Source: Chiloscyllium plagiosum (taxonomy: Eukaryota). From it: 51,770 nucleotides of DNA. Positions 24,543 to 36,289 of this stretch are shown piece by piece; the first letter of the stretch is position 1; each line of letters begins with the position of its first letter. The notes under the pieces were generated by a model that had not been told where the DNA came from, searched no databases, and was given only the letters and a program-made list of their open reading frames with translations. The stretch covers positions 36,556,516 through 36,608,285 of the forward strand of contig NC_057720.1 of NCBI RefSeq assembly GCF_004010195.1, in the 5' to 3' direction. The translations under genes were made by a program, and so were the position numbers.

Positions 24543-26430
24543 TAGAACAAAGAACAAAGAAAATTTACAGCCCAGGAACAGGCCCTTTGGCCCTCTAAGC
24601 CTGAGCCAATTCAAAACCACTCTCTAAACCTAATCGCCCAATTCTTAAGCATCTATATCACTCTGCTCCCCACCTACTCAGGCATCTGTCCAGACGCATC
24701 TAAAATGAATCTACCATGCCTGCCTCTACCACCTCTGCTGGCAACATGTTCCAAGCACCTACCACCCTCTGTGTGAAGTACTTTCTGCATGTATCCCCCT
24801 TAAAACTTTTCACCTCTCACCTTGAAAGTGTGACCTCATGTTATTGAATCCTTCACCTGGGAAAAAGCTTATTTCTATCCACACTATCGATACCCTTCAT
24901 GATTTTGTAGACCTCAATCAGGTTCTCCCACAATCTCCATTTTTTTTTAAATGAAAACAATCCTTATCTACTCAACCACCCTTCTTGGCTAGCACCTTCC
25001 ATACCAGGCAACATCCTCATAAACCTTCTCTGCACCCTCTCCAAAACATCCACATCCTTTTGATAATGTGGCGACCAGAACTATAAACATTATTCTAAAT
25101 GCGGCCAAACCAAATGTCTTGTACAATTTTAACATGACCTGCCCGTTCTTATACTCAGTCTGATGAAGGCAAGCACACCATATGCCTTCTTGACCACTCT
25201 ATCCACCTGTGCAGCCACCTTCAGGGTACAATGAACCTGAATTCCCAGATCGCTCTGCTCATCAACTTTTCCCAAGGCTCTTCCATTTACTGTATAGTTC
25301 ACTCTAGAATTAGACTTGCCTAAATGCATCACCTCACATTTGCCTGGATTGAACTCGATCTGCCACTTTTCCACCCAACTCTCCAGTCTATCTATATTCT
25401 CCTGTATTCTTTGACAGTCCCCTATGCTTTCTGCTACTCCACCAATCTCCGTGTCACCTGCAAACTTGCTGATCATACCAACAGTGCCCTCTTCCAGATC
25501 ATTTATGTATATCACAAACAACAGTGGCCCCAGCACTGATCCCTGTGGAACACCACTGATCACCTTTCTCCATTTTGAGAAACTCCCTTCAACTACTACT
25601 GTCTCCTGTTGCTCAACCATTCTTTATCCACCTAGCTAGAACACCCTGCACACCATGTGACTTCACTTTCTCCATTAGTTTACTATGGGGAACCTTATCA
25701 AAACGCCTTACTAAAGTCCATGTATATGACATCTATAGCCCTTCCTTCACCTATCAACTTGGTCACTTCCTCAAAAGAACTCTTAAGTTGGTGACGCATG
25801 ATCTCCTCTGCACAAAACCATGTTGCCTATCTCTGATAAGCAACATGATATCTTTTCCAAATATAAATAGATTTAATCCCTCAGTACTTTTTCCAGCAAC
25901 TTTCCTACCACCGACATCAGGCTCACTGGTCTGTAGTTACCTGGAATATCCCTACTACCCTTCTTGAACAGGGGGACAACATGAGCAACCCTCCAGTCCT
26001 CTGGCACCTCACCTGTATTTAAGGATGCTACAAAGGTATCTGTCAGGGCCCCAGCTGTTTCCTCTCTTGCCTCCCTTAATCTGGGATCGATCCCATCCAG
26101 ACCTGGGGATTTGTCCACCTTGGATATCCTTTAGCCTACCCAACACATCCACCCTCCTTATGTCAATGGGATCTAGAGTAAACAAACTTCTATCTCTAAT
26201 GTCAACATTTATCATGTCCCTCTCCTCAGTGCACACTGATGCAATGTAATCATTCAGAATCTCACCCATTCTCTCAGCTTCGACACACAACCTTCCTTCC
26301 TTATTCTTTAGTGGACCAACTCTTTCTCTAGTTACCCTCTTGCTTCTCATATGAAAAAAAGACCTTGGGATTCTCCTTAATTCTGCTCGCTAAAGTTATT
26401 TCATGACCCCTTTTAGCCCATTTGATTCCA
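24543..26430 (-). mobile_element. CR1-clade LINE ORF2 fragment with 3' tail
   Basis: [55 protein letters not shown]; tail (ttctttg)n seen as 'agaacaaagaacaaag'. Confidence 0.93.
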
Positions 26431-27004
26431 AGCGGGAATCACTTAGCAGAGATCTATGAGTGGTCTTAAAACATTTCTCCCACCTGTTCACCTTAACCTT
26501 CAACACATTTGCTGATTGAAAATCTAACTCTGCCTTCAACTCCACTTCTCTGTAGGCAAGAGAAATTCAGAATGTTTAACAAGAAATTTTCTACACTCTT
26601 GCACACCCCTTCAAATTTCCTTCTCCCTCCCCAAAGTTGACTATGGCACCTCCTCCCTGCCACCCTTTGGCTACCTCTGGCCAATTCCCTTACCTTGGGT
26701 CCAAAAGGTGGAGCCCTGGACTTTGGCAAAAGTCACCTCCCAATCCTGGTGCCATACCCCAAAAAAAAAGGTGGCGGTCAGTGTCACACCTCCCCACTGG
26801 CTCTTAACCCCTTCCAGCTCCCAGACCCCATCTCCCTTAATGCTAGAACTAATATCTTGTCTGCTCGTTACTCTGCCAAATGCACGCTGTTTCTGTCAAA
26901 TGCACATAAGGTTATAGTGAATCTATCAGCAGCAAACATGGGACAGAAACAGCTTGTAGTTGGAGGAGTGTCTCACCAACATTTCATTCCATTCTGTTTA
27001 ACAT

Positions 27005-27260
27005 TGACCAGTGCAGCATGAAAACAGGCCCTTCAGCCCAGCATGTCTATGCCAACCACGATGTCATTCTAAATTAATCCCCATCTGCCTGTACATGGTT
27101 CGTATCGATCTATTCCCTGCCTGTCAGTGTCTGTTTAAGCACCTCTTAAACACTGCTATCGTCTCTGCTTCTACCACATCCCCTGTCAGTGCATTCCAGC
27201 CTCCGTGTACAAATCTCCTTACTCAATCCTTTAAATTTGGAACTCTAGAACCTCCTCCCT
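27005..27260 (-). mobile_element. Decayed CR1 3' tail fragment
   Basis: 'aaacaggcccttcagcccagcatgtctatgcc...gcttctaccacatcccctgtcagtgcattccag'. Confidence 0.65.
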
Positions 27261-27770
27261 AGAGAAGCAATGAATGCTAAATCAACTGAAATTTAGGATA
27301 GGAAACAATACATTTTTGTTTGGTAAATGTATTTTTTTAAAAATCAGGGAGAAATGCAAAGAGAAGAAGTGAGATACTTATCCTTCATAAAGTGGGAGAA
27401 ACAGGCTTTAGGGACTGTTTGGAATTTTCCATCAGGGCTGGGCTAAAATTCCTTAGATGTTGAGGAACCAGAGGATGCTCTCCTGTGATCTATCACTAGG
27501 TGATGTGAAATAGGTCACAAAGTTTACCTGATTACCGAAAGCCTTCGGTCTCCTTCAAAAGTCAGTAAGTTCTAACAAACAACTACAATGAATTTAGATT
27601 CCAAACGCAGTAATTTATGAAACAATGAAAAAGAACAGAATTTATTTGGCCTAAACTCCTGCTTTTAATTCATACTTTGCTTCTGGATCATTTCAAAACT
27701 GTGGATTCCACAATTCTCACTCGACCTATCCCACATCCATTAAATGGAAAAGAATAATCTCTGAAGTACA

Positions 27771-27868
27771 GGTTGCTTAACCCTTTCCTAAACGGAAGAT
27801 TTTAAATGGAAGAGGGCGGCCTATCTCAAGATGAGACGTGAAGGTGGTTGCTTAACCCTTTCCTAAAC
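27771..27868. repeat. 23-bp perfect direct repeat flanking a 52-bp insert
   Basis: ggttgcttaaccctttcctaaac at 27771-27793 and 27846-27868. Confidence 0.9.
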
Positions 27869-28867
27869 AATATATTTCTTGTAGATATATTCAGTTTTTT
27901 CAGGATTCATTTATGAAACCTTATAATCAATAATTTCACTTGCAACGTAAACTTAATATTTACTGTACATTTGTTTTGTGTTCTGAATTAATGTCAAGCA
28001 AGCTTTCAGTATATGTAAAGTTAATTAACTTTCAAGTATTTCTGTAGCCATGGTGATTTCTTTTTAAACAGCTTTTGACATCTTGCTTTAGATGTAAAAG
28101 GTTTGTGTGCATCATTGATGGATTTTTACTTACCTTAGAATGTTTTGAGACCCTGCAAAGTAATTAATTGGGTCTCAAGGCTTGTTAGAGTTTTCCAGAA
28201 TTTTTAAACAAAAAGTAAACTTTCATAGCTTAGAGAGTGTCACTTAGTTTCAGTTTTACTGAGTTTTGTTCCTGGGAATAGGATAGCTGCAAAGACCAGT
28301 GGTCTGCAAAGGGAAAAGTATTGAAAATTAGTTCATCTTATATTGAAGAGTTAGTGTTTTCCCCAGATCAGAAGTGTTGGGATAAAACCCTGAAAATGTT
28401 ACTTAAAGCCAAGCAGGTTGATGTTCACATGTATAATAGCTCCAGGAAAACGCAACCTGCGGTTTCAGTCTACACGTTAAAGTCACACATGATTCAAACC
28501 TACGGAGGTGCTAGAGTCTGAGACACTGGTGCACTAACAATTTTGGGTAATATTTTTGATCTGATTTATTCAGTAATAACATCAGCTGAGATCACAACAT
28601 GCTAGATTGTATAGTGACCCAAAGCAAAGATGCATACAACTACCCAGATTATCCTTGTCGATAACCACATTTTTATAAACCATAAGAAATAATCAGCAAA
28701 ATTCAGAAACATGACAAAACAGACATTACATTGAATATACAATGCAAATGAGCAATTAAGCAGAACCTCTTGTTTTTTTTTCTGGTGTTTAGACTCTATG
28801 TGAGTCTCCTCACTGGAGATAAATATGCTGCAAAAAAAAAAATTAAATTAAAAAAAAAATCACTCAC

Positions 28868-29167
28868 CATTCACCATCTCTTTGGTATTGGCCAAATTCC
28901 CCTCGATATGCTGCACAGAAAATGAAGTGGTTGCTATGTTGATTGTGGTGCCTCTTCGAGCAGTTGCTCTCACAGTTGTGGCAGTGGTGGTCGAGATGGT
29001 GGTGGTGGTGGTGGGGCTTGTGTGACTGGTGGACAGGCGCATGATGACAGTGGATGGCATTACAGAGCCACTGGTTGTCATGGAAGTTAACCTGGTCTTG
29101 GAAGTTGGTTGCATTGGTAGAGTTGTAGACACTGGGGATTGTTCAGTTGGAAAGCTACTGGTTGCAT
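28868..29167 (-). CDS. Mucin-like protein, Thr/Ser-rich exon B (100 codons)
   Basis: Acceptor 'ctcgttcatttttAG', donor 'AATG|GTGAGT'; 300 nt, phase 1-1; (D)ATSSFPTEQSPVSTTLP...TTTTTISTTTATT...KEMVN(G); in frame with both flanking exons. Confidence 0.9.
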
Positions 29168-29574
29168 CTAAAAATGAACGAGATGCTCACTGAGATGAAT
29201 GTTATTTAGCAATAACCAAAGACATTGTAAATGCAAAAGGGAGCAATTTGGGAAGAGTTGTTCTTCCTTTAAGTACACGCACAGAAGGCAACAGGAAAGC
29301 ACCATGTAGTTTTCCCCCTAATTTCCCTCACATTTAATTACAAAGTGGGAGGCTCCTACTTGGAATTGAGCAGAGAAGCACAATCTTGAGGAATGAGCAG
29401 AGGATCCATCCTTAGACAGACCAATACTATATCAAATATTTAATGTGACAGCATGGCAGAGTTTTGGAAATCCAAAGTAATACTTTATAGCACATTCACT
29501 GCACCATTTCCTAAGAATGTTCTTCAAAACTATCTCAACACTAGGGGATACATTAAGACGACAGGAGAGAGAGA

Positions 29575-29796
29575 GAGATTTAAAAGACGACATGAAAGGC
29601 AAATGTTTTACACGGAGGGTGGTTAGAATATGGAATGAACTTCCTGAGGAAGTGGTGGATGTGGGTACAATTACAAATGTTCAAAAGACATTTGGATAAG
29701 AACATGAATAGGAAATGTTTGGTGGGATATGGGCCAGGAGCAAACAAGTGGGACTAGTTTAACTTTGGATTATGTTCAGCAGGGTCTGACTCTGAC
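29575..29796 (+). mobile_element. CR1 3' fragment
   Basis: KGKCFTRRVVRIWNELPEEVV and tail 'ctgactctgacta'. Confidence 0.85.
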
Positions 29797-29807
29797 TATA
29801 TAAAACA

Positions 29808-30015
29808 TAGGAGAAAGTGAGGACTGAAAATGCTGGAGATCAGAGTCAAGAGTGTGGTGCTGGAAAAGCACAGCATATCCGGCAGCATCCGAGGAGCAGA
29901 AGAATAGACGGTTCGGACTAGAGCCCTTCATCAGGAACGAAAGCCTCATTCCTGATGAAGGGCTTTAGCCCAAACCGTCGATTCTCCTGCCGGATATACT
30001 GTGCTTTTCCAGCAT
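29808..30015. mobile_element. Fold-back (palindromic) miniature Penelope-derived element with two opposed hammerhead-like cores
   Basis: Arms 'gcccttcatcaggaa' and 'ttcctgatgaagggc' around ~29944; 11-bp TSD tatataaaaca (29797-29807 and 30016-30026). Confidence 0.85.
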
Positions 30016-30217
30016 TATATAAAACACAGTCAAAGTTTATAAGTGGAATTTTTATTATCGAATAACAATGTTTTCACATCTACAATGTTAATTCAAATTC
30101 TAGCTAAAAGGATAAAGAAGTGTAGACTCAAAAAGAACCCACTGCAATGCCGGCAGCTTCCTGCATAGAATTAAGTTTTAAAGAACTACAACGAACAAGA
30201 GAAAACAGAAGTTTTAC

Positions 30218-30757
30218 CTTTTGATTCCTTCTGTCCAGCAGATGTAGAAGACATACCAGTTGATTTAACTGTGAGCATGGAGTCTTTGTAAGTTGAAGAC
30301 ACTTTCACAGAGGTCTCTGTTTGCTTTGGGATTGCTGTAATTTTGACAGTAGAGCTCACTTCATTTGACTCTGTTACAACGGAGCTAACGCTGGGACTCA
30401 CAAATTTTGGAATGGGACTACTGTTATTTACAGACCTTTGCAGGTCACTGCTTGTATCATTATTAGCCAATCCACTCTTTTGGGTTAGGTTGCTGATATT
30501 TGGTGCAGTAGTTAGCATACTGACAGTTGACTTCTCTAATGAATTGTTAAAGCTAGTTTCACTTGTCAGGCTTGGTGTCATAGAAGTAAAAGCCATGGTA
30601 CTTCCAATGTCTGCTTGAGGGACAGTGTCATTGATAGTATTGGCTGTTGATGCTGTAGAGTTATTAATTCCCATTACAGTTGAATTCAAATTGAATACAG
30701 GTGTATCACTGGGCATTGCAGTTATTGAATCACCTGGGCTTGTTGGATGATGATTTC
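30218..30757 (-). CDS. Mucin-like protein, Ser/Thr/Asn-rich exon A (180 codons)
   Basis: Acceptor 'tattttcttttttcaattCAG', donor 'AAAG|GTAAAA'; 540 nt, phase 1-1; S/T-rich, ~10 N-x-S/T sequons counting overlaps, no Cys; lies within ORF 30186-30863. Confidence 0.9.
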
Positions 30758-31599
30758 CTGAATTGAAAAAAGAAAATAGAACAAAGTTCTCAAATGGGAA
30801 GGATTGATGGGTCATACAATGGCCAGTTTTTCTAGACATATGCATCAAATTTCTGTGGCACACATTTCAATTACATGAAGGACTATTTGATTTTACAGAG
30901 TTGAGAATCCAACCATATCCCAAGATCAAAAATACATAGACAAGCGGACAAGCAGAACAGTTGCCAAAAAAAAAAAACTGGTTTGAGAGAACAGACCAAC
31001 CTCAACACTCTTCCATCAATGTTATACAAGTTTAATCAGTAAAAAGGGCTTCCCAATGCAAATTTCACATCATTGCTTCATCTCATCTGGCTGAAGTGCT
31101 GGGATACCTAACTGTATATCTAAGGGAATGGTCACCAAAATAATTTACCTTCTATACCGGGATGTTCTTCACATCAGTTTAGTCCAGTTGAAGACTACTG
31201 ATCAAGTACTTACTAAGCCAAACTCATGACTACTTCAACAACAACAGAAGAAAAAAGGTGTAATAAAGGATCAATGGACAATAATCAAATCTCATCCCCT
31301 GCGATCAACCAATTGCTGACCAAGTCTTTGTAGTAACATGTTGAACTGGCAACACAGCAGTATGTTTTAAACAAAAACAAGTGATTTTAATTTTTTTGTA
31401 CTGAGGGAAGTGCTTGGCTGCAGAATTAGAACCCAAACTTGACCAAATTAATTTTCACCTGGGCAATGTTAATCTAGTTCCCAGGCAATTTCAAATTTAA
31501 ATGGCCAATAGTTTATATAACATTTCAAATCTGAACACATGCAAGGTGGACCTCCATTTGGATATCAGCATGACTTGGCACAATGTACCTTGTGAAGGG

Positions 31600-31792
31600 T
31601 CAGTTAGTTCAGTTAGCTGCATGATGCCAATTCCTGCACCGGCTGAGGTGATCATAAAAAGACTCTACTTCTCAACCTCACCCTTCACCAGAGGTATGGT
31701 GACCCTCAAGTTAAACCATCACCAGTCAGTCATCGCTGTCTATTGAGAGCGGCAGCCTTATGGTCCAGTAGGATTATGGTGATTTTACTTTT
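31600..31792 (+). mobile_element. Probable decayed tRNA-derived SINE of another family
   Basis: Head-like 'gtcagttagttcagttagctg...aattcctgcaccggctgagg' and tail 'ggattatggtgattttacttttt'. Recognised from pattern only. Confidence 0.4.
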
Positions 31793-31984
31793 ATTGTGGT
31801 CACAGCAGTGTTAAATTTTTGGGACTAACATTTTCTGTTTCTTCCTAAAAAATGTTGATAAATTTATAACAGGACTTTTTCTGTTCAGAGATGCACAATC
31901 TAGCCCATAAATCTCAAAAAAAAGGAAAAATAGTGACATTTACCCTTGATTAAATAAAAACATCTACCCAGCCAAAGTAAACTT

Positions 31985-33075
31985 AAATCAATACAATACA
32001 ATGCAGGAACAGGCCCTTTGGCCCACCAAGCCTGTGCAAATTCCCAATCCTTTAGATCCACTACTTATCACGTAGTGTCGTTTCTATCCCCCCCCATTCG
32101 TGTGTCTATCAAGCCTTAAAACATTGCCTGTGGAGGTGGTGGAAGCAAGCACATCAGAGTTGTGTTCCAGACACCCACCATCCTCAGTATAAAACATTTT
32201 CTCCACACTTCTCTTAACTTACCCCAAGCTTACCTTGAACATGTGCCCTCTTGTAGTTAACCTTTCCACCCTGGGAAAAGGCATCGGACTATCTCTCAAT
32301 TTTATATATCTCTATCAGGTCATCCCTCAATCTCAGCCCTTCCAGTGAAAAGAATTGACTTTATCCAACCACTCATGACTAAAACCCTCCAGACCAGGCA
32401 AACCTTCTTTGCACCTTCTCCAAAGCATCCATATCCTTCCAGCAGTGTGGTGAGCAGAACTACACACAAAATTCCAAAATGTGGTCTAATTAAAGTTTTG
32501 ATGCCTCAGCCAACAAAGGCATGCACGCTGTATGCCTTCTTGACCACCTTATCTACTGTGCTGTCACTTTTAGAGATCTGTGGACCTATACGTACATGCT
32601 CCCAAGGGTACTGCCATTTATTGTATAATTCACACCTGAATTTGATCTGCTAAAATGCATCACCTCGCTATTGTCCAGCTTAAGCTTCATCTGCTATTTC
32701 TCTGCCCAAATCTACAATCTACATCCCAATATATCGTTTGACAACCCTCCTCACTAGCTGTAACTCTGGCAATTTTGGGGTCATCCGCAAAACTTGTTAA
32801 TTGGACCACCTATATTTTTCTCCAGATCATTTATGTCTTACAAAAAGGTTCCAGCACGGATTCCTGTGGAACACCACTGGTTACTAATCTCCAATCTGAA
32901 AAGCCCTTCCACCACTATTGCCTTCTATAATGAAGCCAGTTTTGTTTCAGTCTAGCCAGCTCACTCCAGATCTCCTGAGAGTCCACCTTCTCTCCCAGCC
33001 TGCCACGGGGTACCTTGTCAAATGCCTTACGAAAGTTCATGTAGACAATATCCACAGCCCTTTCCTCAATCATTC
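31985..33075 (-). mobile_element. Degenerate CR1 RT/3' fragment
   Basis: Reverse complement of 'agtggtgttccacaggaatccgtgctgg' and 'gtggtcaagaaggcatacagc'; tail 'aatacaatacaatgcaggaacaggccc'. Confidence 0.85.
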
Positions 33076-33514
33076 TTCAAATCTATGGATGTAACTGCGA
33101 TTGTGAAATATGTAATTTATCAGCCATTCTTGGCTGCCTTAGAACAGCTGAACATGGCTATGGCATTTCTGCCCAAAACCTGGGACTTTGTTGTCTAAAC
33201 AGGAAAAGTTTTAATTTACCACTACCAAGCACATATGAAATAATATGGTTCAGGGAGAGTAACAAATGAGGTACTATAATGGGCAGGAAATCATTGAGGA
33301 TTACATGTTCTGAGTAATAACACTTCAAATAACTTCTGTAATCTTTGCTGGCTTATTTTCCAAACAAATTTCATACTTAACCGCCAACTATGAAATTATA
33401 AGAAGGAAAAAGAATACAGCATTTAAAATTAAAATACATGAATAGTTTGTACAGACCTTACATGTGTAAAACAAAATGCATCATATATTTTACTTTTAAG
33501 CCATAAATAAATCT

Positions 33515-33900
33515 AGCCACCTGTGGAATACATTCAATGTTTTGCCATTAACTACTTCCTGTGGTAATGAATTCCGCAGGCTTACTACTCTTTGGGTGAA
33601 GAAATATTTCCCATCTCCATCCTAAATGGTCTACCTGGAATCCTCAGACTATGGCCCCTGGTCCTGGACACACCCACCATCGGGAACATCCTCTCTGCAT
33701 CTATCCTGTCTACTCCAAGTCTCTACGAGATCCCTTCTCATTTGTCTGAACTCCAGCAAAAACGTAGTTCCTCAAACGTCAGTATTGCTTTCCCCTGAAA
33801 ATCAGCCTGGTAAACCTTTGCTGCGATCCCTTGAGAGCAAAAATATTCTTCCTCAGAAAAGGAGACTAAAACTGCACACAATATCCGAGGTGTGGCCTAG
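33515..33900 (-). mobile_element. Degenerate CR1 C-terminal fragment
   Basis: Plus strand 'aaactgcacacaatatccgaggtgtggcct' is the reverse complement of RPHLGYCVQF; also 'ggtaatgaattccgcagg'. Confidence 0.75.
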
Positions 33901-36289
33901 CATGACATCTGTAGTCAAGAAAATGGTAGAATCCATTATAAAAATGGATATTATTTTTAGACAAAGATTGGACAGATTGAACATTGATCTATAAAAACAG
34001 GAATCACAATTGACAGACTTGTTGTGAGTTTTTGGAGAATGTTACTTTGTTACACACAAAAAGAGCATGTATACATTATATGCTTATATCCTCAAAAACC
34101 CTCGAGCTAGTAAAACATTCTTTTCCCTTAAAAAGCTTTAAATTCATGTTCTGAATGAGCACCAAGAAGAACTTCATTGAACCAAGCTGCTCGGATTGTT
34201 TTTAAATTTGAACCATCTCATAAAACCTCTGCTTCGAGAATGACCATGTATAACCAGAATGAGAATAATCTATGAAAACCAGTTGGAATTCTGCCCAAAG
34301 TTAGACAAAACAAATATGGATCACTACATTAGATTTGTACGTCAGCACCTCTCCACTGATAGTTATTTTAAAAAAAAACACAAGAACAAAAAAAAATGTA
34401 GATCTCGATAAATGATTGTACAAAGTAGAAATCCCTTCTGCCCCAATTATGATGTTCAAAGTATTTAAGCTAACCCTTCGTGACATCAAAAAAATGTAAA
34501 GAGAATACATTCCCCTCCCCTCCCCCCTAATCATCACAAGAAAAACTGAAATTGTACACATGCCAAATAAGACACTAAGTAACAGTTTCAGTTTCAAGGT
34601 TGCAAAACTCTGCAAACAGCTCAAGTTTGTGCTTTAGAGATTGGGAAATTCATCTGGGCCCTTCAGATAATAACTCACATCCATTTGTTCATTACATGGC
34701 TTATTTGTCTTTCAGTTGTCAGCAGAAAACAACCTAGCAATTATACAAGTTACATGAAGCAATTTGCCTTTGTGTTCTGTATCCAAATCTTTCATCACCT
34801 TTTCACCCAGCAGGTAACGAACTGTTGGCTGTGTTTAATTATGAATAGCAAATAGTTCACAATTCATTACAGTGTAGTACTTCAATATAGTACTTTAAAC
34901 CAGGTAGGCAATACTTGAATAATTTATAAAGCATCACAAATTGCTCAAATGAGGTATCCCATATTTAAATCAATTTCATGGAAGCAAAACACAAGGAAGC
35001 TTAATTGGTTATGAACTAATTGGTTAAATTATAATTTACTGTATTACACTGTACAATGGAAATTTACAACTAAGTGGCTGCATTACTGCAAGAGTGGCTG
35101 TTATGCGGCATAGCTATTTTCAATGTTTGACACAATATTTATCATATGCAATTAACACCCACAAATAAAAGTCAGAAACATAGCAATTGTGAAATTTACC
35201 AATGAAATAATTATATTTACTTAGATCAAGGGACTGCTCTCTCAGCAACTATGCTCTTCTACCATGATCCTATACCTGAATGCAAAATGTCAAACACAAA
35301 AGTTGAATATTTAATTCCACCCCTCCCTCCTTTCTTCTTGGTGTCTCGTGATTACACAGAATAAGGGTGACCTTCATCACCATGTCAAAACAACTACATT
35401 TATCTCAGTGCTTCAATAGCAAACATCAGCCTAATCATCTTCTACAGGCATCACTGATATACTTATTCATGCCCTTAAAGGCAACACACCCAGTGGCATA
35501 AAAAGGGATAAAATAACGAGTTTATCACTACTGAACTCAAGAGTACAGAAACCAACTTGGAACATCCCCAACATACTATTACTCAATTCTGCTTGACGAG
35601 CATAAAATCCATGACCTTTTACTTATTCATTGAAAGACAATGAACTGCAAATAAAGTTCTTAATTTTTTGATTGCAAAGAGAGCAGTTTTTAAAAAATCT
35701 CACACCTATTTAAGCAACCAGACTCTAAACTTTCATCGCACAGTAGACTTGAAAGGAAAATGAACAAGGGTTTCAAGGACCCAACAGCAGCCTATCGAGT
35801 CAGGCCACAGATCAGCCATAATCTTAGTGAAAAGCAGAGCAGGCTTGAGGGGCTTAATGGCCTATTCCTTTTCTTATGTACCTCTGCAGTTCACATCATA
35901 TCGCTGATGCACCGAGATAACATTATTGCTTAAAAAGCCACACTCAGGAGGTGACCAGTCGATGGCGTTGGAATTCATATCCCTGTCAATCCAATAACTA
36001 CAACTCAAAATACACAGGCAAGGTCCTTGTGGACAGGCAACAGTACAGTTCGCAGTAATGCCTCCAGAGGTGAATGACTGTTGATACTTGCTAACATAGC
36101 TCAGATGTGAACATAGCTACTTAAGTGAGGAAGCGAAGGACACCTAGCTCTTGTGGAATCCTAGTCTCGTGCCAAGTATTGATGCACCATCGTAAGTAGT
36201 GAAATGCCTTTCAACCCAAACAAGTAACAAGAACTGTACATTATCTACCTGGGTTACTTGATAGCAAAGTGATCTAGCTCATTATTATA

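Noticed and set aside
27771..27868. CRISPR-like repeat-spacer-repeat
   Set aside because: Only two repeats, in vertebrate DNA, with no cas genes; better explained as a target-site duplication.
16126..30757. Calling the gene CD34, PODXL, EMCN, CD164 or PARM1
   Set aside because: No Cys-globular domain, no DTEL/DTHL-type C-terminus, and the tail does not match these families as I know them; no symbol assigned.
30186..30863. 225-aa ORF as a stand-alone single-exon gene
   Set aside because: The N-terminal FVLFSFF stretch is the translated polypyrimidine tract; splice sites delimit 30757-30218.
34301..34624. Hydrophobic ORF as the missing signal-peptide exon
   Set aside because: TTG start; hydrophobicity arises from T-rich sequence; no convincing phase-1 donor.
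35221..35275. Extra minus-strand exon (acceptor ttttgcattcag, donor gtaaat)
   Set aside because: Stops in all three frames and no signal peptide.
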